A stretch of 64,000 nt of DNA, from the NCBI GenBank assembly GCA_973895155.1, contig OZ316898.1:9101079-9165078 (forward strand). The letters are read 5' to 3'. A program made the translations under genes and the position numbers. How positions within the stretch are numbered: the stretch's first letter is position 1; each line of letters opens with the position of its first letter. The stretch is from Marsupella aquatica. Lineage: Eukaryota > Plantae > Marchantiophyta. The notes below the pieces were generated by a model. It was not told the origin of the DNA and did not search any database. It saw nothing but the letters and a program-made list of their open reading frames with translations. This document shows, one piece after another, positions 13,150 through 25,603 of the stretch.

Positions 13150-13800
13150 TGAAAAGAAAATAACACTAAATATGGTGGCTTTTTAGGCTAAGACTATATT
13201 TGGTTCAGGTTTGCAAATCCTGCTCCTGCTCACTGTTTGTGCTCCTCTTGAGGGATCTCAACCAGAGACATGGAATCTGATTGCAATGTATTTGGCACCA
13301 ATGTGCTCTCTCTTGCAGATGTTACAAACAACCTCAATATGTCTGGTCATCTTTGAAATATGTATTGATTGTGTCAATATTTTGCTTGGGGGCTAGGTAA
13401 TTCCCCAAATAATGTTCAGCACAAACAGAATTAGTATTATCTTTACTCTCTAAATAGTGCCGTAAGACCAAAGCCTACACAAATAGTACCAAGACCAATT
13501 GCAATGAACAGTTTAGAGGCCAACAGTTTTCAGACAGGTCAAATCTAGGAAATCTTCACTGCAAAAAACGTGCTGGCTGTAGCTTGGGATTGCACGTCAT
13601 CTGGTCGACAGCAACCGGCCAAGAGCACTAAGTTGCAAAGTCCCTTGGCAGCATGAGGGGTAAACCTGTCTTGTATGTAACCAGTCCTTAAATATCCCTA
13701 AAGGCTAAAGCCTTGAGCTTGGAACTGGGTTAATCTATGGTGCTGCCACATGTCAGCTGGGCAAAGGCTTACTCATCTGTAGACATTGGCAGGAGTACTT
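13150..13800 (+). mobile_element. Possible heavily decayed L1-type LINE fragment
   Basis: Translation fragments TWNLIAMYLAP and VNILLGG resemble APE endonuclease motifs (YAP, GGDFN). Weak. Confidence 0.3.
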
Positions 13801-14598
13801 TGCAGGTTAGTCTAGTCCAATTAATATAACCCTCACACAAATGATAGATTCTTGAGAGCAGCAAGGGCTGACCATTAAAAAAATAAAATTTACTTTATTT
13901 TATTTTATTGGTCATGTTACTAATCATAAACCTTCATTCAATTTAAAACTCTTCAATTCCCATGTCACATAAATCAATCCTGTTTTTTAATTTCCAGTCC
14001 AAACCAGTTACTTACTTTATGCAGTCCATGGGGATAGAGGTATTAATAGTCAACCTAAATATTAAATGAATAAAAAAATACATTTATTTCTCATATGAAT
14101 AGGTACATTTTTTAATAAAATTAATTTTTATTTATAAAAGGTGCATTTTGAATTGGTAGCATGGTAAAATATTGAAAATACATTTGTAAAACGCTAAATA
14201 CAAAGTTGATATTCCAACTAGATAGAGCACCCGCACTAACATGAGAGCTATCCTTAAGATAAGGAGATTTTGTTTTTCCGCTGCCACTACTAACATTAGT
14301 AATTTCGATTAATTTGGGGATAGGATAGTGAAAAAGCTCGTAACGACTCGGCAGAGAAATCTTGGCCGTCCGTATAAGGGAGGATCTGGGCCGTTGGGAC
14401 CTCACCCAGTCCAGGCGCTGAGTGGGCCAGTAGGCACATCGTTCCGCTCTCTCTTGTTGGGTCGCTCCACTCTCTCTCTCTCTCTCTCTCTCTGTCGCTT
14501 TACCCCCTCGATTTGATCCTTGATTTTCCTCACTGCCGGGTGCAAGGTGCCTGTCTACCTCTCCAATTCGACACTTCTCTTGCTCGGATTGGAAAGAG

Positions 14599-16828
14599 AT
14601 GGCAGCCCGAGCTGCAGTGGCAGCGACAAGCTGGCTCGGAAGTGTGCAGCAGCTGCAGAGCTCCAAAGCCAGCGGCGATTCAGTGGACTCTTTGAGAATC
14701 GATGGAGTGAGCTTTGGGGCACGGGGCAAGAGGAAGAGCAATGTCGTGGTGGTGGCCCAAGCAGTGGCAGCGGGAGATGTGGACACGGCCGTGAATGCCG
14801 TGAAAGCTGCTGAGGCCTTGGACCCCCTGCTCCTGCGCGCAGTGAGGGGGGAGAAGGTTGACAGGCCTCCTGTGTGGATGATGCGTCAGGCCGGGCGATA
14901 CATGAAGGTGAGTGACTGAGTGGCGGACCACTTGTGATCAAAGTGGTCACATGCATGGGTTTTGGGTTGAGCTGGCAATTCTGTTATTTCCTTACTTTCC
15001 TGAATCGAATCTGGGAGGTATTGTTGGAATTGCTCGCTTTGAAACTGTATAGCGTGCATTCGTTGTTAATCTATATCTCCCACCTCGTGTCTGTGTGCCC
15101 ACGTCGACCTCTGGAGAACTGTGTATTCATTCAACACTGGGTTTGCTGTGCACACCTTGTACAGGTGTACCAGGAGTTGAGTAAGAAGTACCCGTCTTTC
15201 CGGCAACGATCAGAAAATACCGACTTGGCCGTGGAGATTTCGCTGCAGCCATGGAAGGCATTCCAACCCGATGGTGTAAGTCTTCTGTAGCACGTATTGT
15301 GAATCACTGCGTAGGGACGTTCACTCCACAATGCCAAAATTTCCATCGTAGTTCTGCATTAGATTGGAAAATTGTCAAAGGACAAAGATTTGTCGGAGAA
15401 ACATTAGTTGCTTGTTTAGAGTTCTCGCATTCACCAATACTAGGCGTCGTACAGGACTTTTGCACCTTTCCTGGGTTCAGTTTGACCTGAGTATGTACTC
15501 TTAACACGCTGTCTAATCATTTCAGTACAATTGCGCATGCTACAGAATTTTACCTCAGCTACATTTATTAGATGCTTACCTTTAAGATGCCCACTCGTGC
15601 AGGTGATTTTGTTTTCAGATATTCTGACGCCTCTGACAGGAATGAATATTCCCTTTGATATTCTGGAGAGCAAAGGACCCATCATAGATAAGCCAATTCG
15701 AACTATGGATGATGTTGCCCGAGTGAGAGAATTGGTCCCAGCTGAGGCTGTCCCCTATGTGGGAGAGGCTCTTTCTGCCCTTCGTGCTGAGGTAGGAACT
15801 GTTATGTGAATCAGAAATTCAGTCAAATCGGTGGACACCCTTACTGGTGCTGGTAATTGCAAAACTTGTGACTTGGGGCCGCCTAATCAACATTACCCTC
15901 CTTGATGTTACCATATCTTTGAACCATATCTGAAGTTTTATCATGATCATGACTGCAGGTGGGAAATGCCTCAGCTGTTCTTGGTTTTGTCGGAGCTCCC
16001 TTCACCTTGGCCTCATATTGTGTTGAGGGTGGATCATCTAAAAACTTCACTGTCATAAAAAAATTGGCCTTTACCGAACCCGAGGTGAGCTTTCTATCTC
16101 TATTGGATTGGGCGTGACCTTGGTGTTTCCTGTTCAGCCCCAACTTCTGATGCTTTCCTGCTTCTACAGGGAAATAATTCAATCATTCAGTTTTTGTCAC
16201 TTCCATCTCACAACTGGGTTGGTTCGTCTCCATTTCCAATGGATCCTTGAACTAGAACTTGAAGAAGTTACTGCCTAACTTCTTACGATGTTCTACCTTG
16301 GTCCTGCAGATCCTGCACGCCTTGTTGCAAAAATTGGCTGAGTCAATCACTATCTATGTGAGATATCAGGCTGACGCAGGTGCACAGGCAGTGCAAATCT
16401 TCGACTCCTGGGCTACCAGCCTCAGCCCAGCTGACTTTGAAGTTTTCAGCTTGCCTTATATCAAGTACATTGTGAGCAATGTGAAGAAGACTCATCCAAG
16501 TTTGCCAATCATCTTGTACGCCAGTGGTAGTGGCGGTTTGCTGGAGCGCATGGCATCAGCTGGAGTTGATGTATTCAGTGTAGACTGGACAGTTGACATG
16601 GCGGAGGCAAGGCAAAGAGTAGGACCACAGCTCGCCGTGCAGGGAAATATGGATCCTGCTGCTCTGTTTGGCTCTAAGGACTTCATAACAAAAAGGGTTC
16701 ATGAGACCGTAGAGAAAGCTGGCCAGTATAAACATATCCTTAACCTTGGACACGGTGTTCTGGTAGGTACCCCTGAAGAGAACGTAGCCCACTTTTTCGA
16801 AGTTTCCAAGAATGTACGATACAAGTAG
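14599..16828 (+). CDS. HEME: Chloroplast uroporphyrinogen decarboxylase (HEME2-like), 5 exons, ~417 aa
   Basis: Exons 14599-14907, 15165-15275, 15603-15791, 15959-16084, 16310-16828 join in frame (1254 nt). Motifs [48 protein letters not shown]; transit-peptide-like N-terminus; CT-rich 5' leader. Confidence 0.96.
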
Positions 16829-17372
16829 CTTCATTCTCTTGTTATTTTAGTCTCCCAAATCAAATGAAGTTAATTTCAACATGCATTTTCTTCCTGTGGC
16901 AGTTAAATGTTGAGCCATTTGTCTTACCCATGTATGATCCTTCCATTTTGGGTCTATGGCCGCAAGGCTACGGCAGACGACTAACAATGAGTTTACACAA
17001 TCCTCTAATTTTTTCTTGCGTCATAAGGAATGAGCCCCGCAGTGTTCTGAAACGGATATGAACTGTCAATATCTTCAATGGGCGTTAGGTCCATTGTGAG
17101 ATGCATATGTCAGCTATGGGGGAAGTCCAGTTTTTTGGGTATCATCAGGGATACAGGAGTTACGGTAGAATGGTGAGATCATGCGTTTATTAAGAACCAC
17201 TGGGCCATTAACTCAAGAGCACTGGTACTCGTGCTTGGGATGAACTAGCTCTCGGCATCTGTCCTTAGATTGTCTTGTCATTTCCATATGATATGGAACT
17301 CGTATTTATTCGAGCACACTGCCTTTCGTACAAGTTAGACACTTCAGTACAGATGAGTTTCATGGGCTCTGC

Positions 17373-17464
17373 TAGTGCTTGATATTACTTCGCAGATCCT
17401 GAACGGGCAATTGGACACTAGTGCATGATATTACTTCGCAGATCCTGAACGGGCAATTGGACAC
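17373..17464 (+). repeat. 46-bp near-perfect tandem duplication
   Basis: tagtgc(t/a)tgatattacttcgcagatcctgaacgggcaattggacac x2. Confidence 0.9.
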
Positions 17465-20400
17465 TGCCTTCGACATGACTGGAAGCTCGTGGTGACAACC
17501 GAGGTGACAACTGGTGGTTTGATGGCTGCATGTGTCCACCTACCATTCTGTGATGTGGGGCTTAGCAAGGTCGGCCGTTAGTGGCTCCAGATGATAGAGC
17601 GAGTTTGGAACTGCTCCATGGTAAGCACTTCATTTCGGCTAAGTGGACCCACTGTCCACACTGATACTGGTAATGACAGCACGACTGTGGCCAGGACTTG
17701 AGAACCTTCAATTGCTTCCCCACTAAACGCTGCCATCCCCAACCAAGTCGTTGAATCTTTGCCAATTCTTCAAGCAAATATTAATGGCTGGGTGCCATTC
17801 GTGGGCTTGTTAAACGTGCAAGTTCTTCTACAGTAGGTCAACTCTTTTACCGCCCGTTGAGAGAAATGTGAACTTTTAACACTTCTTGAAGTGATGATCC
17901 AATAGACTACTGATGCAGAGGTACAAAATTTAATTAGTGGCACCTCGGTACGAACTCCAGTCTGACATAGTTGGACAATTGGTCATGTTTTATAGGGAGA
18001 TTAATAGACCTTGCCCATTACCTCACAAGATTGCCATCAGTTCTCTTGGGGTCGCAATGTACCGATTTGTTCGATGAAAAACTGTCACTCACACAAAGCA
18101 AAGTCCCATAAACACCTCTAGGGCAAAAAGTGTCACAGAACTCCACCAAGCCTATCAACTTGAACGCTGGCGGAATTTCGCGTGACAGGATGCACTGCAT
18201 TCGCCTGGTCGTACTTGGAGCTGGAGTACATTTCTTGCTCAATCTAAATGCTGCGAAAATGGCTTGATTCTATGGCTAGAGAGAATTGTCATTCAACCAT
18301 TTCAACCGCATTCCCTGAATCCCCTCATGTGTCCGTATACCAAGTATTGACAAGGACACTCCTAGCAATGATAAAATTCGGATCCTGTGAATATCAGCAA
18401 TGATAGCCGCAGGTTTTCAGGGGCCCCACGTGAAGCGGTATATAAATGAAATTGCCGCAGATACTGCGTGTGCAGAGGTGTCACTGAGAATCTCGGACGC
18501 CTTTCTTTTATTCTGAGAAGCCTTTCTCCCGAGTCCATTGTAACATGCGTGTGCCAGTGAACATGAGCCCTCATTGAGCTGTCGGACAACTACAGTAGTT
18601 GGATTCCGCATTTATGAACCTGACAAGAAATTTCCGGATAGCCATCCGTCATCCGTGAATGGGAGCGAATCTGGCCGGCCGGCGGTGTTGAGACTTGAGA
18701 GTTGCGACACCCCGCGAGCTAAATATGGAGTCCTGTAGACAGCAGATTAGCATCGATTAATCACCTTTGGGGCACTTGATTTTCTAATGACAGCTGCCGA
18801 TGAGCATTCTGTCAACGAGTCAAATCAGTGAAGTACGCTTTGTTGCGATTCTCCTGTCTGGTCAAATTCTGGCATGTCTCAGTGCACAGACAGAGTCCAA
18901 CTGGGTGTTCGTGGCGTGTGGATTAGCAAGCCCAGTTTTGCATTTCAGCATGAATTGACATGCAAGAACTCCAAGAGAATCAGGGTTGTTCCTCAGTTAC
19001 AGGTGTTGTGAACGGTGGATAGGCAGACAACACAACAGTTGTGACAGAAGGAGAAAGGCGAACGGGAGCGATGCTGGGAATGATTGGTTGGGAGAGGAGT
19101 GCCTGACCAGTGTGCAGACTCTCTGGAGGCCGCTGAGCATCAATCACTGCCGGCTCTTGCTGGTCGCTCCGTTTTACACAGACCACATTTCTACCGTACA
19201 GTTCTGGCCAACTTTTGTGCCATCAGAGAGAATTGATCGTGTTTCCTAATCCCCACAGCAATCCACCTTCGTTTGCGTCATTGTCACACCATTCACGAGC
19301 GCTTCCAAACGTCGTCATATCCCATAAGCGCTTCTTGTCAATTGTGACGCATTCCACCCCTAACCAATATCTCCATTTCCACCTTCCTTTGGTCTCTACA
19401 ACACTGGTTTTCGGGGCTGTGGTCTGACTAGTCGGAGGCATGCATAATCTGTGGTTTTTAAGTGGCTGGATCTCGTCAATTTCCTCTTGCTGAAGAAGCC
19501 CTCTCTTAACTATGATGAAAAGCCATTGTGCACGATATGTTCGTGGACCAAGCAGTATGTGTTGGTGGACACACCTGGGTTTCAAGAAATGGACGCTAGG
19601 TTGTTCCCAACACAATGAAGACATTAGGGATGCTGAAAACATTTGAGATGCTCTTTTCCCCCGTGAAGTGACAGCTTTGTTCATCCAACTTTATGAATTG
19701 AACGAGGAGACTGGGGAAATGGGGAAAAAACCTCTAAACCTTCTAGGGTGTGGGGATGATGAGCAAGATTGCGGACGAATAATCGCTCCAGTGATTGACC
19801 ATTAATTCGCCTTCACTCGATTGGCTTGGATCCAAGATCCAGTTCTCCTCAGTCTGGCTCTAAACCGGCGATCTTGCAAAAAGGTTGACGGTTTACAGCG
19901 TCTTGTGAGGCAGAGGGACCTCATCTCTGCAGCGGATGCGGACATGCCCTGTTTCCGTTTCACAAATAGATGAAAGAATGTGGTCCAAGGGACAGCCGTG
20001 GTGATGGTCGATAAGAGTTTAGGAATATGTGAGGTCCCGATGAGAACTCGCACATCGGAAAAGTATACTGCTCCAGAAGTGGAAGTGCGTGTTTCCTTGG
20101 TTTTGTGATTATGAACTTCCATTTGTGCAGCCGGTCAATGTGATGGGACCAGGTCGAGGTGCGAGAAGTGGTGGCAGTCAATGTGAGCCTTGACTGGCGC
20201 ACCCAGTGTTCTTGGAGAGGAGGAGCCGGAAAGCAGTCTGGTGTTAGTCAAACTATGTGGCAATTCGGGTGTTCGCCGTTAGCTCCCACTCGAATAGTCA
20301 TTAACGATGAAGTGCAACTTACTGCTGTTGTCATGCCTCGAGTGAATTGAATAGCACAACACTAAAGGATTGCAGTTGTCACGTGCGCTGCCTGCGTGTA

Positions 20401-21503
20401 CTTGGCAGTCACTTAGTCTTAATATTGGTGCCTACTCTCTCATGTTGATAAGAACAGCATATGTGGCAGAGTATGAGGGCCCAATGACCTGCAGTGTCAC
20501 TTTCTCCCTGCATATCGCCAATAGATCACACAGTTTCCAGAAAGCTGTTCTCTAGTTGATTCCTCCGTTCCTTGGAACTCGTGTCTTGGTATGATGTCTT
20601 TCATAGCTTTTGTCGGCACTTCAAGCTCAATACAAGTGGGCAGGCGATGGGGCGTAAGCCTTTCATGGTTCGCCCATAATTAAGCATTCTCGTTACAGGC
20701 ACGCGTAAAGTGTAAAGTTTAAAAGCATTCTGGACCCCACTAAAGCTTCAGAGAAAGGATTTTACATGGGACCATGTTGAGAACTTGACCTCTATCAGAA
20801 CGATAAAGACCATCAATGGCGTTACTGACATTGCGAAAAGCACCCATTCGAGATAATCAAAGTACAAGGTTTTTAAAGATGATTCTTCTACATATGCACT
20901 GGCAAAGTAACTTGTACAAACAGCACAGTTTAGATGTAAGCCCGACACTCATAATATCATGTGTTGCGAAGTGATAACTAATGATCAATCTCCATCAAGC
21001 GAACGGGAAGTTGAGGTGCCCTGGTCGGAAATTCTATTTAGTGATACTAGACATTCCCATCTGAGGTAACATGCAGGTAGTAGTTTCTGTGCTTCTTTGT
21101 GCAGTCTGCTTCCATTATGAAGCCAACCGTGGTGTACCAGGTGGACACGGAAGAACGGTGTAAATCAAGCAAAGACATGCACGGTCACAGGAATTTCGAT
21201 GTTGATTCAGTCAACCTTTAGTAGGAACCTTTGAAACTACTCTCAGTTGTGACTATGAACGCCCAGTTGATTTCAATGCCGACAGGACAAGCGTTTCCTC
21301 TCGTAATGACTGCGGAGCGTTGACCACGCCAATCCTTGCAGTGTATCGAACACAGCGTCACGTGATTTGTGCGACGAGTTCATGAGTACATACAAGATCA
21401 ATCCTAATGTCTACAAATGCCCTCCTAGCCTACTATGGGACTCATCGTGAGCAGAGTGGGAAGAATTCCTACCTAATGTAACTAAAAAAGAAAATAGAAT
21501 CTA

Positions 21504-23061
21504 CTATTGTTGTCCTACTAGTGGACCGTTAGATTCCAAGGATGGCGGAAGAGGAAGAGACGATGGCGGAAGTTGGGGATTGAAGACGATAGGAAACTTT
21601 GTTACTCGGGGATTTTCAGCCAAAATGTTCCGTTGAACTTTGTCGATGATAACTTCGGCAGGTGGCTCCTCGCGCAACTGTTCATCGATGTAGTCATTGC
21701 TCACGTAATATCCAACCCTCAGAAATTCTTGGCCCAAATATGAGCATGTCAATAACAACACTGTGACCCCGATGAGGTCTTCTTCTGGGATCTTCTCGGC
21801 TTTAGGGGGATCCGCCTGAAACACAAAAGTCACTGCCCTTTAGCCAATTGGCCACCACATACCACCCTCAGATGCCTGGAATCTTCCTTCGTCAACAGCG
21901 GAAATTGACGGAAGATTTAGACTTTATCGAACTTCCACATTTGCACAGCTGAACTCAATTATTCTTCTAAGCCATCTTGCACTCACATAATTAGGCAGGA
22001 ATCCAGCTACTCTTGACTTCCGTGCATGGAGTGATGCTTGCAGAGACAACTAGGGACTCTCAGTCATGCTACCAGAGGTAAGAGTTGTCAAATATTTTAA
22101 AGATGACATGGAGGTGTCGAGGCAAGAGTCTAGGCATTCGACAAAGAAGTCCATTTTGGGCAACGAATATTGTTAGAAAGGAGATTTTCAGGGAAAAACC
22201 CTAGCGAGTACTGTAATTGCAAGGTTCCCTGCTAGGCACCCGAAAAACAGTAACCTAGAGCGCCATCCGGCAGAAATCCTCGAACAGGAATGATATCTTG
22301 CGATGGTAGTGTCGGACACATTGTGAAAACTGTAGGGAGGGTGCAAGAGGAATGCTTCGTATGAGCTCCCACGATTTCGAGCAAACGTCAGCTTAGTCAG
22401 AAGGATCTCTATACTGATTTGCAGTCTTTCGAGACGTAACCGTAAAATGTTCTTGGGCCGAGTACTCGAAGCTACACCCCAAACCAGGGGAGATACCGAA
22501 ATAGCTGTGGACAGGTAATTTGGTCCTCGTGCATTCTTGAGTTAGGCAATAGCGGACGATCAGGGCGAAGAAGCGTACTGCAAGTCATCTAGAAGGCCAA
22601 CGGGAAAGGGCAAGATGATGTACAACCTAGATGGAAAAGAGATGGCACGAAAAGACGCACCTCAAAAATAAATCGGTATTTGCCAACACTGATAGGACCC
22701 ACGAGCACGCTATCAAGAACTTGATCGAATTTCTCGTCCTCGGCAGAACCCACGTAAGTCAGCTTCCATTCCAAATCTGCAAACACATAATAATAAATAC
22801 AATTTAGCATCAGCCATCTGCCAGTCTTCCGAATTGGCATTGGTGGAAATAGCTCAATTCAGCGCACACTCTCCATATAATGTAAGAAGAGTTCGTCATC
22901 ACGAGTACGAGGTAGGGAACATTGGACGGAGTGCCCACGAACGTATACTTACCGTCTTCAAGGGGAATCAAGCATTCGTATGAGATTTCGAATTGTAGAG
23001 GGTTCATGAACATCGATGGATTGTCGAGCACGGTGACATTGGTTACATTTACGGCACTCAT
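21504..23061 (-). CDS. ASF1: Histone H3/H4 chaperone ASF1, 3 coding exons, ~178 aa
   Basis: Exons 23061-22953, 22776-22661, 21815-21504 (537 nt): [15 protein letters not shown]...FEISYEC...[13 protein letters not shown]...ADPP...[21 protein letters not shown]...PRVTKFPI. Confidence 0.96.
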
Positions 23062-24651
23062 TGTCGTCTTTGGTGAACTTCCTGTTTCTGTACCCTCCTG
23101 TCTCTCTAACCCTAAAAGTAAACCACCTAGAGCAAGCACCACTCAGTAAGTAGGGAGTAGAAGCTAAAGAACAAGGCCAATCTTCCAGAGAAGGCGATTG
23201 ATCGAACTTTCGAAAGAAATTGTCTTAGAACAAGAAGCATAATGTAGGCTCCGCTGCTTGATGAAAACTTCGCAACGAACAAATACCGTCCAGCCAAGCT
23301 CATGTAGCTAATGCACTTCGATCTCAAACCAATCCCAGCTTCTCCAAGTACTTCACGTCCTCAACGAAGGCGGCAAGCCATCACAAATCCAGCTCCACAG
23401 ACCCTCTCCATTTCTCTGAGCATTAATACTCTGCCCAACGCCACAGGTACAGACCGCCGGAACCCTAAAGAGTAGCTCTCAGGCAACCACCCTAAGACAC
23501 TTCAAAGAATCGAGACGCCGAACGCAAAGTTTGCCCACATCAAACCACAGTTGTCCACCAAGCACCCACCACCAGTCGAGCCACTTCTTCGAAAACCAGC
23601 AGCAAGCGGGTATCCTCAACCTCGCTGATCACGCAGCAGCAGTCCCACGAGGACGTCAGAGATCGATCGCCACAACCACAGAACGCACCTCAATCCGCGA
23701 GCGAGGAGCAGACGAAGGACCAGACCCCTGACAGAGCATGCAACTCTTAGAATCCTGCAAGAAATACGAGGAAAACGACCACAGGAGACGAAGAATTTCG
23801 CCCGCGCAAACAACACCCACAGGTTTCACACTCCCGAATCGAGAATTAATTGTATCCACAATCTCGCAGCTCCTCAGAATCCAACGACTGAAACGCCCAA
23901 TTCTCCCTCTCGATCTTTCGATTGTCTCCGTCTCTGCCGATCGCGCGGAAATATGAAGAGTGAGTCGCAAAGTGAACCTTTTTTGAATCCAAAGGTTCCC
24001 TCGATCTCTTCCGACACAGCCAGCGACCGATGGATGTCGTCTCAAACCAGAGGACCAAAAACTGATTATCCTTCGGATTTTGGTTCGACACTTCAGATCC
24101 CGTCAGATCTAGTGACCGCTGGATATCTGGTCAGGTTCGTCGGAATCGTCGCTAGATTTGTAAATTTTGCGCGGGGTTGGCTCCCGCCATTCCCGACTTG
24201 TTAGTTACAGGGCCCGCTAATTTACCCCACCCTTTGGCGACGGCCCCAGGGGGCAACTTGGCGGGATTGAATAATTCCGCGCTCATCAATCTCGGTCAAT
24301 TTGTAAGGTTATACAGTAGCTGTTTTCAATTATAATAAACCTATCTATCTATACACTAATGTTTCGTGTGCTGTACAGTTTCGTGAGCTTTGGAGCAAAA
24401 ACGTTGCTATAACTTTTTGAAGCATACTAGCTGTAAAGGCATATGTGTTTGATCGGACAATGCCCGTTTTGTCTGAGATGTGCATCTGAATCGTTGATCT
24501 GACCTCACTTAACTGAGGTCAAAACTTTGTAAGGTTAATCAAAAAATTTAATGCACCCATGTTGGTTGGCAGAAACTTCCAGGAACTTTTGTATAACTTT
24601 GGTCAAGTGAAAACTTTGAAGGTCTGATAGTCTTTTTCTGGTGCACATTTT

Positions 24652-24971
24652 TTTTTTTGCCTTGAAAACCGAAAGCAGGCCCATCCAACAGAGGATAGAC
24701 GTCCTGCTTTGGAGCATACAGTTCTATGTAGGGCAGCCACAAGGGGACAATACCCAAGGATCCGACAGGGACCAGACCAGGAGGGAGAGAGGATTAAACC
24801 AGAACCCAAAGTGGGCAACCAGGGTTGAGGAGATAATCAATACTCCCACCACTACACCCCACCCACACACACACACATACCCTCCACACCCCTTATGTGT
24901 GGAGGGAGGATTGAACCTGGGACCTCTTAGTTCTAGGCTCATCCTCTGGCCAACTGACCAAAGCCAGTTGG
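24652..24971 (-). mobile_element. tRNA-derived SINE, full length
   Basis: Minus strand begins ccaactggctttggtcagttgg (A box-like), has ggttcaatcc (B box) and ends caaggc plus poly(A). 17-bp TSD tttctggtgcacatttt at 24635-24651 and 24972-24988. Confidence 0.88.
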
Positions 24972-25259
24972 TTTCTGGTGCACATTTTGAACCCAAAAAC
25001 TTATCAGCCAACCAGGTAACAGGAGTTTAAAGAAAGGTCAAATGAGATTAAAGATTTCTTAAACTCGTGCATCAGTGTGAGTAGTCTTCGATCTACCTAA
25101 AAGTGAAGGTGAAAATCATTAGTCTCCCCTTGCATTGTACATGAGTCATGGATGAGGCTCTAGGTGAAACTCACTTTTGCTGCTGGAGAGGCGATGAGTG
25201 TGTGTCACTATTAGTTTTGTGAAACTCTAAACATGCACCATTAGTTTTGTGAAACTCTC

Positions 25260-25603
25260 TGTTAGATATTGCTCTAGTCTTGTGACTCACGAGCTAACTA
25301 TAGTTAGGCTAACTCGGGTTAGGACTTAGCTAATGTTAGCGGTAGTGCTGTTGTGTATATAGCCAGGGCTGATGCCAGACCCTGGTGGAACAAAGGCTCA
25401 TTGTTATGGAGCTAGTTGAGAGATAGGGACAGCTTGTGCTGTGGATGCTTGGTATGGCCGGTCGGCCTAGAGTGCAGTAAAGCTCTTGTGTGTTCCCGTG
25501 GACGTAGCCTCATGTGGAGGTGAACCACGTATCTCTCTGTGTCGACTATTGTGCGTTGGATGGTTCATGGGCTTGCCGTTACGAATGTCGTCTATGCTCA
25601 ACA
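25260..25603 (+). repeat. 5' LTR
   Basis: tgttagatatt...tatgctcaaca; differs from the 3' LTR at 4 of 344 positions by my reading. Confidence 0.96.

Noticed and set aside
14121-14956. 221-aa and 133-aa minus-strand ORFs
   Set aside because: Antisense shadows of the GC-rich HEME first exon and CT-repeat leader.
1-16828. Functional cluster of organelle-related genes (PPR, LPA3, HEME)
   Set aside because: Different pathways interrupted by a Golgi transporter; organelle-targeted genes are common, so adjacency is unremarkable.
17888-17968. Possible box C/D snoRNA (GTGATGA...CTGA...CTGA)
   Set aside because: No terminal stem and no rRNA/snRNA complementarity that I could recognise; such motifs arise by chance.
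19021-19060. tgacagaag resembling the start of miR156
   Set aside because: Only 9 nt match; the remainder is unlike miR156/529.
19223-19684. 153-aa minus-strand ORF
   Set aside because: No domain similarity recognised and no supporting gene structure.
24895-24971. tRNA gene
   Set aside because: The A/B boxes belong to the SINE head; no proper cloverleaf, and it is followed by SINE body, A-tail and TSD.
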